Source: an uncultured Chthonomonadaceae bacterium (GTDB lineage: Bacteria > Armatimonadota > Chthonomonadetes > Chthonomonadales > Chthonomonadaceae). From it: a stretch of DNA of 64,000 bases. This document shows, piece after piece, positions 1 through 9,865 of the stretch (the first letter of the stretch is position 1; each line of letters starts with the position of its first letter). The position numbers and the translations under genes were made by a program. Below the pieces are notes generated by a model. That model made no database searches and was not told the DNA's origin. It saw nothing but the letters and a program-made list of their open reading frames with translations. Where the stretch lies: NCBI GenBank assembly GCA_963835065.1, contig CAWIEK010000041.1, forward strand, positions 128,001-192,000, written 5' to 3'.

Positions 1-2
1 TG

Positions 3-698
3 TACGCGCAGGATTATGACGAGACGTTTCCCGTCACCACCGTCTATGACTTCACGCCGAATTCGCCTGAAAACAGTTGGATCGCGCGCATCGTGCCGTA
101 CATCAAGAACCTGCAAGTGTTCTTCTGCCCCTCGGACGGCGGGCCGACAGGAAGCCCGGTATATCCCCGGTTGGGAGGCTGGAGCGGCCCGGCTGTCAGT
201 TACGCTTCCAACAGCCTGATGGGTGGCGCGAACCTTGCGGACAATACTTCGGTCGGCGTGATCGGGTTGGCGCAGCATGAGATATGGGGAGACAGTTGGT
301 TCCATAACAGCAGCGGCATCTCTCTGGCGCAGGTGAACCGCCCCGCCGAAACCATCGCTATCGCGGAAAAACATTCCAACGACATTCAGTACACCGGCAT
401 TGCGTGGCTCGGCGCGAACACCGAGTCGATCTGGCCTACCGATACTTTCCTGTGGGACTGCAACCCGAACGGCGGAAACTGCTACTACGACTCCACTGCC
501 AGCAACATCCCCGAAGGCGTCAATCCGGCCACCAAATCCTATCCGTATGGAAAAGCGGGCGGCGTGTCCACCAAGCATAGCGGCACGGGAGACTTTATGT
601 TTGCGGACGGCCATGCCAAAGCGCTGCGCCCGGAAGCGACAAACCCGGATGGCCTGAAGCAGCCGCAAAACAACATGTGGAACGCCACACGTCCGTAA
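3..698 (+). CDS. DUF1559 / prepilin-type protein with C-terminal H-X9-DG motif (5'-partial, runs off window)
   Basis: Frame is open from position 3: YAQDYDETFP...W...IVPYIKNLQVFFCPSD...SYASN...PAETIAIAE...KHSGTGDFMFADGHAK. These are typical DUF1559/H-X9-DG motifs. Confidence 0.9.
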   Translation, partial: YAQDYDETFPVTTVYDFTPNSPENSWIARIVPYIKNLQVFFCPSDGGPTGSPVYPRLGGWSGPAVSYASNSLMGGANLADNTSVGVIGLAQHEIWGDSWFHNSSGISLAQVNRPAETIAIAEKHSNDIQYTGIAWLGANTESIWPTDTFLWDCNPNGGNCYYDSTASNIPEGVNPATKSYPYGKAGGVSTKHSGTGDFMFADGHAKALRPEATNPDGLKQPQNNMWNATRP

Positions 699-803
699 AT
701 GCCGCGCGAAGTGCAGAGCGCAATGATGCGCTTGCGCTTGCGCGCAGACACAAATCGAGGGAGCCAAACGGTGCGATGTACACGAATCAGGGTCAGGAAG
801 TGG

Positions 804-992
804 ATGCGAACGGGCATCTTGTGTCTGAGCGCCCTGCCGGGGCTGTGCGGGTGCGGCACAAAGCCCGTCGGCAGCGATGAAGACTTGAAGAAAGCGTTTT
901 CACAAAAAACGTTCGACATCAACAGTGTGCCGCCGGAGCAGCGAGACCGTGTCCGCGCCCTCATGGAATCGCAGAAGGCGATGAAGAAGTAG
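804..992 (+). CDS. Small putative lipoprotein (start uncertain, 699-804)
   Basis: ATG at 804 follows AGGAAG. It has a lipobox-like LCGC, and its C-terminal DEDLKKAFSQKTFDINSVPPEQRDRVRALM is paralogous to the next gene. Confidence 0.65.
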   Translation: MRTGILCLSALPGLCGCGTKPVGSDEDLKKAFSQKTFDINSVPPEQRDRVRALMESQKAMKK

Positions 993-1037
993 TCCAGAGT
1001 GAATGTATTGGAGTAAATTAAGCAAAGGAGGGATACT

Positions 1038-1355
1038 ATGCGACCCTTTCTCCCGATGCGTTTGCGCCGGTTGCTGTATGGCTGCGGCGCAATCGCGCTG
1101 CTGCTACTGGTGACACAGGGATGCGGCGCAAAGCAGGAAGAAGCGGCAGGCGGCACACCGGCTACAGGCGCGTCCACAACTGCCGCAACGGGGCAGCCGG
1201 GAGCCAACGCTTCCGACGCCGAGATGCGCAAGAGCTTTTCACAAAAGAGCTTCGACATCAACAACGTTCCCCCGCAACAGCGCGATAAAGTACGCGCCAT
1301 GATGCAGCAAAACACCGGAACCGGCCCCTCTGCGCCCGGAGCAACGGGGAAATAG
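1038..1355 (+). CDS. Small putative lipoprotein
   Basis: Strong AAGGAGG RBS, signal peptide ending TQGC, Ala/Thr linker, then DAEMRKSFSQKSFDINNVPPQQRDKVRAMM. Confidence 0.8.
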   Translation: MRPFLPMRLRRLLYGCGAIALLLLVTQGCGAKQEEAAGGTPATGASTTAATGQPGANASDAEMRKSFSQKSFDINNVPPQQRDKVRAMMQQNTGTGPSAPGATGK

Positions 1356-1363
1356 CGAACGTT

Positions 1364-1578
1364 ACCTCACCCCAACCCCTCTCCTGGGCGCTCGTTCCTC
1401 GCTAGGAGAGGGGCTATTTGTTGCACTCCTCTCCTGGGCGCTCGTTCCTCGCCGGGAGAGGGGCTATTCTTGCTTACTTCTCTCCCGTTCACTCGTTTCT
1501 TGTTAGGAGCGGGGCTATGTTGTTGCAGTCCTTTCTCTCGCGTTCCTCGCTGTGAGCGGGGCTATTTTGTTGCAATCC
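1364..1578. repeat. Tandem array of about 4 REP-like palindromic units, ~50 bp period, progressively degenerate
   Basis: CCCCTCTCCT-GGGCGCTCGTTCCTCGCT-AGGAGAGGGGCTAT at 1376 and a near-identical copy at 1426. Decayed copies at ~1477 and ~1530 also end in GGGGCTAT. Confidence 0.85.
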
Positions 1579-1697
1579 TTTTCTCTTTCATGTTCTCTTT
1601 CATTGGCATCAGGGCGCTGACAACGGAAAGTACCTGCCATTTGCTATAATAAAGCCAGAGTTTAACGACGAGTACGGGAAACGAGTACCCCATACGA

Positions 1698-3365
1698 ATG
1701 TTCTGGCTGTTGATGCGAACGCGCCTGCTGTCCGGGCGCAATGTGGTGTTGGATACGTGGCGCAACCGCCCGGTTGTCGCCATGTCGCTGTGCCTGGCCG
1801 GAATCTGTCTGTTCGGCGGCATGTTTCTAGGATTTTTGTTCTTTTTTCGGTACGCGGCGAACGCGGGCGTACTTGCTGAAACCATCTATCAGGCGTTTTA
1901 TTACCTGTTCCTGCTGCTGTTTGCGGGAGCCGTGCCGTTTGTCGCTTCCACGCTGTTCCAGTCTGCCGATTACAGCCTGCTTTTCGCCGCGCCCATTCCG
2001 CCACGCACCGTTGTTGCCGCCAAATTGCTCGACGCCACCATTACCAACTCGCTGCAATTCACGATTATCGGCCTGCCCGCCATTGTTGCCGGCGCGTTTG
2101 CCCTGCGCCTGCCCGCGTGGCAATGGCCGCTCGTGCTGTTGTTGATCGCGCTATTCATCCTCCTGCCCGCCCTCTTAACCGCTTTGGCGCTGCTGTTGGC
2201 GCTTGCCGGGTTGGGAATGGCGCGGCTGCGGAGCGTGATTACCCTCGTGAATGTGCTGATGGGCATCGGAGTCTGCGTGACGTTTGTGCTGGAAGCGCGA
2301 AATCTGCCGTTTCACTTCGGCGGATTGGGCGGGCAACTGGCGGCCTTTCAGCCCTCGCTTCATTCCACGTCTCCCACCGCGCACCTGTTGCCGTCCGCGT
2401 GGTTTGCGGGCGTTGTAGTCGGGCTTGCGCAGCGCGAACCGCAGGCGACAATGGCGGCGAGTTGGCTGCTCCTGCGCATTATTTTGGTGTGCGGCGGATT
2501 GTTCGCGGGCTGCATGGTTCTTGGCGGCTTCCTGTTGTCGCAGTCCAGCGTCGGAGAAGAAAATCACGGGAGTGGGCATATCCAAAATAAGGGGGGCGAT
2601 GATGCGCGTTTCTTGCGCCGTTTGACCGGCGCTCCGATTGCCGCCATTCTGGTCAAGGATTTGAAATACGTGTGGCGCGATACGATGCTCCTGTCACAAC
2701 TCAGCGTCCCGCTTATTTTGTTCCTTGTCCCTTATCTCATCGGCCTGCAAAACCGAACACTGAGCGGCAACGAAGCCCGTTCCGAGTTGTTCCCCTTTTC
2801 CGCCGTGATTATTTGCTTCATTTTGTTCATACAAACCAGTATCCTGTCGCTGTCGCTGTTGGGCATGGAAGCGCAGGGGTTCTGGCTCGTGCTGCTCGCG
2901 CCCGCGTCCCGCCGCGCCCTGCTGTGGGCGAAGTTTCTCATCAGCGTCGTGATTTCGGGAGGGCTTGCCATTGTCTTGAGCCTGATAGCGGGCGCCAGTT
3001 TTCGCGCGGAACCGGGCTGGGTTATTGCGCAAATGGGCGTGATTGCCTTATGTTCGGCGGGACTGTGCGGGCTTGGCGTGGGCATTTCCGCCGCTCTGCC
3101 CCGCTTCCTGCACGACAACCCCGCCCTGCGCGTCAGTCCGTGGGCATTAATCGTGAGCTTCTTCGCCACCACCGCCTACATGCTGCTGACGCTGGTATGC
3201 TTCGGCGTTGCGGGGCTGGCGATTTCCAGTGCGGGAGTCACAGCCTCGCCCCTTCCCATCCTTGCCATTGCCTTCACCCTGCATCTGCTGCTGACTCTCT
3301 TTGTCGTCGGCATCGCTATGGAAATCGGCGCGCGCCGCATCGAGAGGTACGAATGGGAACATTAG
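1698..3365 (+). CDS. Putative ABC exporter permease (multi-pass membrane protein)
   Basis: 555 aa with many hydrophobic segments in two halves. Motifs DYSLLFAAPIPPRTVVAAKL, AILVKDLKYVWRD and EAQGFWLVLLAP...LLWAKF. Confidence 0.8.
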   Translation: MFWLLMRTRLLSGRNVVLDTWRNRPVVAMSLCLAGICLFGGMFLGFLFFFRYAANAGVLAETIYQAFYYLFLLLFAGAVPFVASTLFQSADYSLLFAAPIPPRTVVAAKLLDATITNSLQFTIIGLPAIVAGAFALRLPAWQWPLVLLLIALFILLPALLTALALLLALAGLGMARLRSVITLVNVLMGIGVCVTFVLEARNLPFHFGGLGGQLAAFQPSLHSTSPTAHLLPSAWFAGVVVGLAQREPQATMAASWLLLRIILVCGGLFAGCMVLGGFLLSQSSVGEENHGSGHIQNKGGDDARFLRRLTGAPIAAILVKDLKYVWRDTMLLSQLSVPLILFLVPYLIGLQNRTLSGNEARSELFPFSAVIICFILFIQTSILSLSLLGMEAQGFWLVLLAPASRRALLWAKFLISVVISGGLAIVLSLIAGASFRAEPGWVIAQMGVIALCSAGLCGLGVGISAALPRFLHDNPALRVSPWALIVSFFATTAYMLLTLVCFGVAGLAISSAGVTASPLPILAIAFTLHLLLTLFVVGIAMEIGARRIERYEWEH

Positions 3366-3418
3366 GAGAGGGAACAGGGAACAGGGAACAGGGAACAGAA
3401 GGAAATGCTGAACGCGGA

Positions 3419-4305
3419 ATGATGAGTGATGAATTGAATTCCCATTCATCACTCATCACTCAGCACTCAGCATTTCCTGCTCCCCGTACCCGAAAACGGT
3501 TGGCGGCAGGAGTTCTTGTCGGCTTAGGAGTTCTTGCCGGATTGCCGCCCTTGTTGACATGGCAGCGGACGGGGGAGCAGCGGGCGCGGAGTTTGTCGAA
3601 CCTGAGGCGATTGGGAGAAGCGTGGCAGCTTTATGCGCAGGATTGGGACGGCAAGCCGGTTCTGGCTGTGGAGCGGCGCGTGACGGAAAATGGCGCGGCG
3701 AATCAACAACTACAAGGGAAGCAGGCAGGGCAAGCGGAACCGGAGGAGGGGGAGAAAAATCGTCTGGAACTTACTGGCTTACGTGGGTCAAGCGGCTGGG
3801 GGCGTATGACGCGACGGCTGCGATTTTGAACAACCCCGCCAATTCTACTGAAGGACGTTCGCCGGTCTTGCGCGACCCGGCGCGCAGTTTTGTGGTTTCT
3901 ACGAGTTACGCTTTGAACGCGCGCTTTTGGAATACGTTCGCGCCCGGCCCGTTTCCCGTAGACAATCTGGAACTGCCTGCCCAGACCGCGCTGTTTGTCG
4001 AGGCGGGGCCGATGTCCGCTCAGGCGCTCCGCGCTCCGCGCAGCAATGCGGAAAGCCACGATTGGGCGCGGCTGGAATATGGAGATACCGCCGATGTTGT
4101 AGAAGGATTATGGCCGTACCCTTCCACGCACGGCGGCAAAATGGCGGTTGTTGCCGCCGATGGTCACGCCGTCAGCCTGACCGTAGAACACTACGCGCCC
4201 ACTTCCGGCCCGCACAACGCGCTTTATGGGCGCATCGGCGGCGACATTTACAACTGGAACGGCGGCCATGCGAACGGGGATGTAGATCATCCGCCCGTCG
4301 AATAA
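3419..4305 (+). CDS. Divergent DUF1559 / H-X9-DG protein, split by a frameshift near 3750
   Basis: One frame has a TM segment then ARSLSNLRRLGEAWQLYAQDWDG. The second frame continues TW...SYALN...PAQTALFVE...HGGKMAVVAADGHA. The switch falls at the G/A runs GGAGGAGGGGGAGAAAAA. Confidence 0.75.
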
Positions 4306-4306
4306 A

Positions 4307-5662
4307 TCATCCCCCGGTTGAATAATGGGTTTTGTTGGTTCCCGTCAGCACACCGGGAGACGGCTTGCGGCCTTCTTCGGCAGCCTCGTCCAGTGTCGCC
4401 GCCTGCGCGGGCGTTTTTGCCGTCAGGGGCGAGGCTGATTGCGGCGTGGCTTGCTCCGCGATTTCCGCTTCGTCTACCGCGTCCACGATGGTTTGATGCA
4501 CGGCATTTGCCTGCCCGGCTTCATCCGCTTGCGTGGCGGCGCTTGCCGAGGCTTCCACGCGATTGTGCAGTTGTTCGCCCGTCGGCACTTCGATGGGACT
4601 GCTTAGTTTCGGGAAGATGGCAAGCACAATCATTTGGACGGTCGCGGCAATGGGAACGGCCAGAATCATGCCGGGGATACCCAAAAGCGATGCGCCCATC
4701 AGCAGCGCGACGATGCTCAAAATGGGGTGCAGTCCAACATGCTGCCCGACGATACGGGGCGTGACGATTTGATCGAAAAAGACGTGGTGCAGCAGCACCA
4801 TCAGGAACACAATGAGAAGCACCTGCTTGCCCGCCATCAGGCATACACCGCCGACAAGCAAAATGGTCAGCGCGGCTCCGATGTAGGGAACCATGTACAT
4901 GACGCCGGAAATCGCGCCCAACCCCGCCGCGTTGGGAACGTTGAAGCACCGCAGCAGCGCGAACGTCGCAACCGCGTTCAAGCCGCACACGATCATCAGG
5001 CCGCGCAAATAGCGGACGAAAATCGCGCTTACTTCATTGAGCAGGTTTTGCGTTGTTGCCCGATTCTGGCGCGGGATTAACAACAGCAGGCGGGCGTAAA
5101 TGAGATGCAGGTCTTTCAGCGCGTAAAACGATACGAGCGGAATGATAATCACCCACAGCAGATTGCTCAACGCGCCTTCCGCCGCTTTGCCGAACCACGA
5201 ATTGGCGTGTGTAAAGGCGCTGCTGATCTGGCCGCTTGCCCGCAGTACGGTATTTTCCACAACAGGCGTGGCATGGATGCGTACCAGCAAACCCTTTAGT
5301 TTGTGCCGAGTTTCCGATTCGGCGTTTTTGCCCGTGTCGCTCGGCAGATACTGCCCGATTTCGCGCGAGATTTTGGTGGTTTGATCCACGACGGAGGGAA
5401 CCGCAAGCGTCAATCCACCGCCAAGAAGGGCAAAGAACAGCAGGTAAATGACAACCGCGCCCTTCAAGCGCGACCATCCCCGGCTTTCCATTTTATCTAC
5501 AAGCGGGTCCAGCACCATCGCAATCAGAAACGCGATCATCAACGGCAGCCAGATTTCGCGTACCACATACCCCACATACAGCGCGAACAGCAGTCCCAGC
5601 AGCAGCAACCCGGTACGCCGCCATCGCCCACTGTCCGAAGCATTGATTCGTATTTCCAGCAT
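4307..5662 (-). CDS. AI-2E family transporter
   Basis: PLMIAFLIAMVLDPLVDKME, YLRGLMIV, VPYIGA and IVTPRIVGQHVGLHP motifs. Confidence 0.9.
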   Translation of the reverse strand: MLEIRINASDSGRWRRTGLLLLGLLFALYVGYVVREIWLPLMIAFLIAMVLDPLVDKMESRGWSRLKGAVVIYLLFFALLGGGLTLAVPSVVDQTTKISREIGQYLPSDTGKNAESETRHKLKGLLVRIHATPVVENTVLRASGQISSAFTHANSWFGKAAEGALSNLLWVIIIPLVSFYALKDLHLIYARLLLLIPRQNRATTQNLLNEVSAIFVRYLRGLMIVCGLNAVATFALLRCFNVPNAAGLGAISGVMYMVPYIGAALTILLVGGVCLMAGKQVLLIVFLMVLLHHVFFDQIVTPRIVGQHVGLHPILSIVALLMGASLLGIPGMILAVPIAATVQMIVLAIFPKLSSPIEVPTGEQLHNRVEASASAATQADEAGQANAVHQTIVDAVDEAEIAEQATPQSASPLTAKTPAQAATLDEAAEEGRKPSPGVLTGTNKTHYSTGG

Positions 5663-5745
5663 TGTGCGCTTTCTTCATTGAGAGGCAGGCATTAGGCATT
5701 AGGCATTAGATATTAGTCTGATGCCTAATGCCTGATGCCTGATGC

Positions 5746-6159
5746 CTATCCCCTGCCGCGCTTGTCTTTTTTGTTCGTGTTTTTCTTACTGCGATTGTTC
5801 TTATTGGGAGCGCGGAATTGTTCTCGCGCCATGCCGAACACGCGGGACGCCATGTAGATTCCGGCCAGTATTGTGCCTACGCTTAACGCCTGCTTTGTTG
5901 CGGAAACGCCGCCCTGCGTGGCCTGCGCCATTGTTTGTGATACGCGCAGTTCCACCAAGTCTACAGTATCGGCTACGCGGCCTACGGTATTTGCTGCTAA
6001 ATCGCCCAGGTCTTGAACGTTGTCTCTGGTTTCCGTCAGCAGCGGCGTCGTGTTGGAAATCAGGCGGTAAAATCCCCATCCGCTGACCGCGAGGGCGACA
6101 ATGCCGACGAGAAAGATCAGCGCGGTCACAACAAGAAAAATCCAGGTAACGATTTGCAT
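5746..6159 (-). CDS. Hypothetical membrane-anchored protein (DUF948-like)
   Basis: N-terminal TM helix, amphipathic helical middle, basic tail; AAGG upstream of the ATG. Confidence 0.65.
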   Translation of the reverse strand: MQIVTWIFLVVTALIFLVGIVALAVSGWGFYRLISNTTPLLTETRDNVQDLGDLAANTVGRVADTVDLVELRVSQTMAQATQGGVSATKQALSVGTILAGIYMASRVFGMAREQFRAPNKNNRSKKNTNKKDKRGRG

Positions 6160-6742
6160 CAGAGCGGCCTTCCGAATTCGCGGCAGCGAACAATTTGAAG
6201 CGCCTGCTAAAGAATAGCAGTCGGGGGAGATAAAAATACATCTTCAGTGGCGAGCATAAGACTGTCAGAAGTACGTGAATTGTTCCTTAATGACGGCTCG
6301 CTCCAGGCATCGCCCTTCTTATTTGCGTGTATTCGCGTGAATTTGCGGCTAAATTTTCTCATTTCTTTCCAATTCCTCTCGGAAAACCGGGAACCTCGTT
6401 GTAGCGCGGGGCGTCAGACATACGAAACCCAGGAAGGAATATCAGCATCGCTCCCGCTTTGCCCTCAACAATTCTTTTCCACAGGGCGAGCCGTACCTTA
6501 ACACAACGATACTTCCCGCAACGCGCGCCTTCCCATTTTCCTGTGCCATGATCGTACAGGTCAACGTTTGCGTAGACGGCAGCCACTTTCCGGTTTTGCT
6601 TTCACGCCGAACTTCACCAGAACGCGGCCATGATCGTCGCGCCCAAACGCAGAACAGAATTAAATCTGCACTTATTGCATGCCGTTGCAATTACATCCTA
6701 TTGCACAAAATCAGGCTGCAAAGGAACCAGGGGGACACACGA

Positions 6743-7513
6743 ATGACGACTGCTACCCAGGAAGGGCGCGCGACAGACAAGGCCTGCCGACCGACCGAGA
6801 CCACTGCCGAGTTTGAAGAATTGCTGCGCCGCAACTACAGCCGGGCTTATAGCGCCGCGTACCGCATGATGGGCAATGCCACCGATGCGGAAGATTTGAC
6901 GCAGGAAGCGTTTATGCGCGTGTGGTCCGCTTTTGACCGCTATGATCGTTCCCGTCCCTTTGAGGGCTGGCTGTTCCGCATTATTTCCAATCTGGCGATT
7001 GACCGCTGGCGGCGACATTCCGGGATGCCGGTTTGTTCGCTGGATGCCGAAGGCACAGGCGGACGTTCGCGGGGCGCGCGAGCAGGCGGGCGTTCTTCCG
7101 GCGCGGAAGGAACGGGCGCTCCCCTGCTGGCCTGTCTCGCGGATGAGCGCCCCAGCGCCATGCCCGAACAATCTTATCTGCGGGCGGAAACCGGGCGGCG
7201 CGTTCGCCGCGCTTTATCGGCTCTGCCATGCGATTACCGCAAAGCCGTCGTTCTGGCCGATGTGCAGGGCTACAGCTACGAGGAAATTGCGCAGTACGTG
7301 GGCTGCCCCGTAGGAACCATTCGCAGTCGCCTGCATCGCGGACGCCAACTGCTGCGCCAGAACATTCTGAAACTGCAAAGCCAGGAAGAAGCGCAGGAGC
7401 GCGACGAAATGGCGTTGAGCGAGGAAGCCGCCCTTGCCAACCGCGTAGCCGAGTCGCTGGCAATCCTAACCGCCAACGAGCAGGCTTCAGGCACTTACGC
7501 GCTGATGGGTTAA
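6743..7513 (+). CDS. ECF sigma-70 family sigma factor
   Basis: Region 2 DAEDLTQEAFMRVW...FEGWLFRIISNLAID and region 4 GYSYEEIAQYVGCPVGTIRSRLHRGR. ATG 6743 follows GGGGGA. Confidence 0.92.
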   Translation: MTTATQEGRATDKACRPTETTAEFEELLRRNYSRAYSAAYRMMGNATDAEDLTQEAFMRVWSAFDRYDRSRPFEGWLFRIISNLAIDRWRRHSGMPVCSLDAEGTGGRSRGARAGGRSSGAEGTGAPLLACLADERPSAMPEQSYLRAETGRRVRRALSALPCDYRKAVVLADVQGYSYEEIAQYVGCPVGTIRSRLHRGRQLLRQNILKLQSQEEAQERDEMALSEEAALANRVAESLAILTANEQASGTYALMG

Positions 7514-7533
7514 TATCCTGTACGCATAAACCG

Positions 7534-7567
7534 AAGAGAGAACACCGTTACGGTGTTCTCTCTTTTG
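7534..7567 (+). terminator. Rho-independent terminator
   Basis: AAGAGAGAACACCG-TTA-CGGTGTTCTCTCTT-TTG, a perfect 14-bp stem just after the sigma stop codon. Confidence 0.8.
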
Positions 7568-7649
7568 TGTTGCCTGCTTCAATCTAACGGCAGTATGGCG
7601 CAATGGTGGCATAATGCGCTACAATGGTTGTACTTGCGCGTAACGCGCC

Positions 7650-8681
7650 ATGAAAATACTTTCAAACAATGGGGTTGTTGTGGAAATGTGTAGCTTTAGC
7701 AGGCTGAAGCCTGCGTTTATGGTTTGTGGACACCGGCAGAGAAATAGGCGGTACGGCCTTATGGTTCTTGGAGTGGCGGCAGCGCTTGTATCGCTTCTTC
7801 CCGTCGGTTCCGGCGCGCAGGCGGAGACAAAGAGCGAACCTTCGCTTTCCCGTATGACCGGCTCCAGTTCCGGTACCCTGAAAACGAAAAGCCTCTCCGC
7901 GCCGCCTACCGGGAATACGAAAAAAACGAAGTCCTTGAAGCCTCGTGGCAGCAGTTCCGGGCAATCGGCGTCCACTAAAAAGACGGAGGCTACAAATCAG
8001 AAACGCGGGGGCGCGGGAACGCAATCCACGCCAATGCCGCCCGCGTCGGGTTCCACGCATACGCCGAATGTCAAGCCGCCAACGGTTGCTCCTGCCTTGC
8101 CTCCTGCCATTCCCGTCATTACCTATTTCAATCAGGATTCGCAAAAATGGCTGCGGGCGGGCGAAACCGTGTATGTCACCATGCAAGGAACTCCCGGCGC
8201 ACAGGCATCGTTTCATATCGGAACTTTGTCAGGTAATGTTGTTTTGCGCGAAGAGTCGCCGGGGCAGTATCTAGGCTCGTGGGTCGTGCCCGTCAACAAG
8301 CCGCTTCCCACCACGCCTTATACCGTGCTGGGCGAACTGCGCGTCAACGGCAAAACCGCCGAGCCGATGCCTGCTTCGCGCCCGATTAGGATTGACGCCC
8401 TGCCTCCCGTCATTGCCAATACCGGCCCCGAAACCGCAACTACCGCAACGCCCGCCATTGTCGCCGACTTGAGCGACGAAGGCAGTGGCATAGACATAGC
8501 CTCCATCCATCTGCGCCTCAACGGACGCGACGTAACAAGCAGCGCAGAGGTCAGGGCAGACCATATCTCTTTTACGCCCATGTCTCCCCTTGCCGCCGGT
8601 GAGCATACCGTCGAACTCGAAGCCGCAGACCGCGCCGGCAACAAAGCCACGCAAACATGGCATTTCACCGTGAAACTCTGA
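7650..8681 (+). CDS. Secreted protein with low-complexity linker and Ig-like beta domains (true start probably downstream, 7719-7761)
   Basis: Signal peptide ...VAAALVSLLPVGSGAQA and S/T/K/P linker. The C-terminal module is paralogous to 52224..54047 (WLRAGETVYVTMQGTPG, DEGSGID, LNGRDVT, DRAGN). Confidence 0.75.
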   Translation: MKILSNNGVVVEMCSFSRLKPAFMVCGHRQRNRRYGLMVLGVAAALVSLLPVGSGAQAETKSEPSLSRMTGSSSGTLKTKSLSAPPTGNTKKTKSLKPRGSSSGQSASTKKTEATNQKRGGAGTQSTPMPPASGSTHTPNVKPPTVAPALPPAIPVITYFNQDSQKWLRAGETVYVTMQGTPGAQASFHIGTLSGNVVLREESPGQYLGSWVVPVNKPLPTTPYTVLGELRVNGKTAEPMPASRPIRIDALPPVIANTGPETATTATPAIVADLSDEGSGIDIASIHLRLNGRDVTSSAEVRADHISFTPMSPLAAGEHTVELEAADRAGNKATQTWHFTVKL

Positions 8682-8706
8682 ATTCGCCCAATGAACATTC
8701 CACTTA

Positions 8707-8799
8707 GAGCCTATCCCGATAGGGCTTGTCCTTGCGTCTGCAAGACGCTTGCACTTTCCTGCCGGGTATTTTCAATACCCGGCCAATTGGGATAGGCTC
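8707..8799. mobile_element. 93-bp MITE-like element with IS5-family-type ends
   Basis: TIRs GAGCCTATCCCGAT / ATTGGGATAGGCTC match 13/14. TTA flanks both sides (8704-8706, 8800-8802). Internal hairpin GCCGGGTATT-TTC-AATACCCGGC. Confidence 0.8.
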
Positions 8800-8802
8800 T
8801 TA

Positions 8803-9766
8803 GAATCTATCTCAAAACGAAAGTGGCTCTGCAACGGGCAAGCTGACCTCTTGCTTTAATACGTGCAACTTGCGGAACCACAGGAGGGCACAGGCGAGTT
8901 TGCAGGTTGCCAGGTAGTTGCTGGGCTTTTTGTCCCACCGGATGAGGATGCCGCGCCAACGCGACAGCCAAGCAAACGTGCGCTCCACCACCCAACGCCG
9001 CGCCGGATGCGTTTTCTCGCCCGCTTCGTCTTTCTTTTCTTCGCCAATGCGGCGAATGTGGGGCGTATAGCCTGCTTTCTTAGCGGCTTCTTCCCCACGC
9101 GGATTGTCATAGCCTTTGTCCAGGCACAGGTTTTGAGGTTCTTCGGGCGTGGGCTGCGGACGGTACACCACCACCGCGCTGATCGTGGCCGCGAGCAGAT
9201 GCGCGTCATTGGTGTTGGCGCTGCTGATACAAATGCCCGTCGGCCCGCCGTCGCCTTCCACTAAAAGGCTCTTTTTGACGCCTTGCTTCCCACGATCCGT
9301 GGGATTGGGACCGACACAGGCGTCGTCTTGTGCCCCTTTTTAGGCACACCGCGCGCTTTGCTCAGGCAGGCATCGGCAGATTGCCAGTCCCACTCTACGC
9401 CGCCCAAGAAGTCGCAATTGCGCAGAAGGACCGCCCACAACTTGCCGAACAAGTCCAGCTTCTCCCACCGCTGCAAGGTGCGGTGGATGCTGGCATCGTC
9501 GCCAAACTCCTTGGGGAGTTGGTTCCATTGGCAGCCGGTACGCGCTCGGTAGATAATGCCGTTGAGAGCAAGACGGGCATCAATGCGCTTGCGTCCGCGT
9601 TTGCAAGGGGGATCGTACTGGTTGATCAACGCCTGAATGTGTTCCCATAACTCGTCGGGAACACGCCAGATCGTCGGTAAAGAGGGTGTCTGCGCCATAA
9701 GTCACTCCAAAAAAGTAGTCGTAACTTTATCATCGGCAGGCCACTCGCTTATTTTGAGATAGATTC
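8803..9766 (-). mobile_element. IS5-family insertion sequence, 964 bp
   Basis: Perfect 15-bp TIRs GAATCTATCTCAAAA / TTTTGAGATAGATTC, TTA target duplication (8800-8802, 9767-9769), and a two-ORF transposase. Confidence 0.95.
8812..9698 (-). CDS. IS5-family transposase (orfA 9261-9698 + orfB, joined by a probable programmed -1 frameshift)
   Basis: DELWEHI...NGIIYRARTGCQWNQLP, LCLDKGYD and RWVVERTFAWL. Slippery A-AAG-GGG near 9335-9342; the -1 frame reads VGPNPTDRGKQGVKKSLLVEGDG. Confidence 0.92.
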
Positions 9767-9865
9767 TTAGCCGAATCGTGAACGACCCGTTTACAGGGCG
9801 TTCCGCCAACCGGTCTGCGACCGGACACCTTTTTGTTGAGCGTCCCTACAAAGAAGAGCCACGCC

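Noticed and set aside
1364..1578. CRISPR array
   Set aside because: The linkers are short and mutually similar with no unique spacers; this is a REP-like tandem.
6548..6742. N-terminal extensions given by the ORF track (sigma factor; also truB, phosphatase, S9 peptidase, permeases)
   Set aside because: The extensions precede better RBS/ATG pairs or translate heptamer repeats, so the starts were moved downstream.
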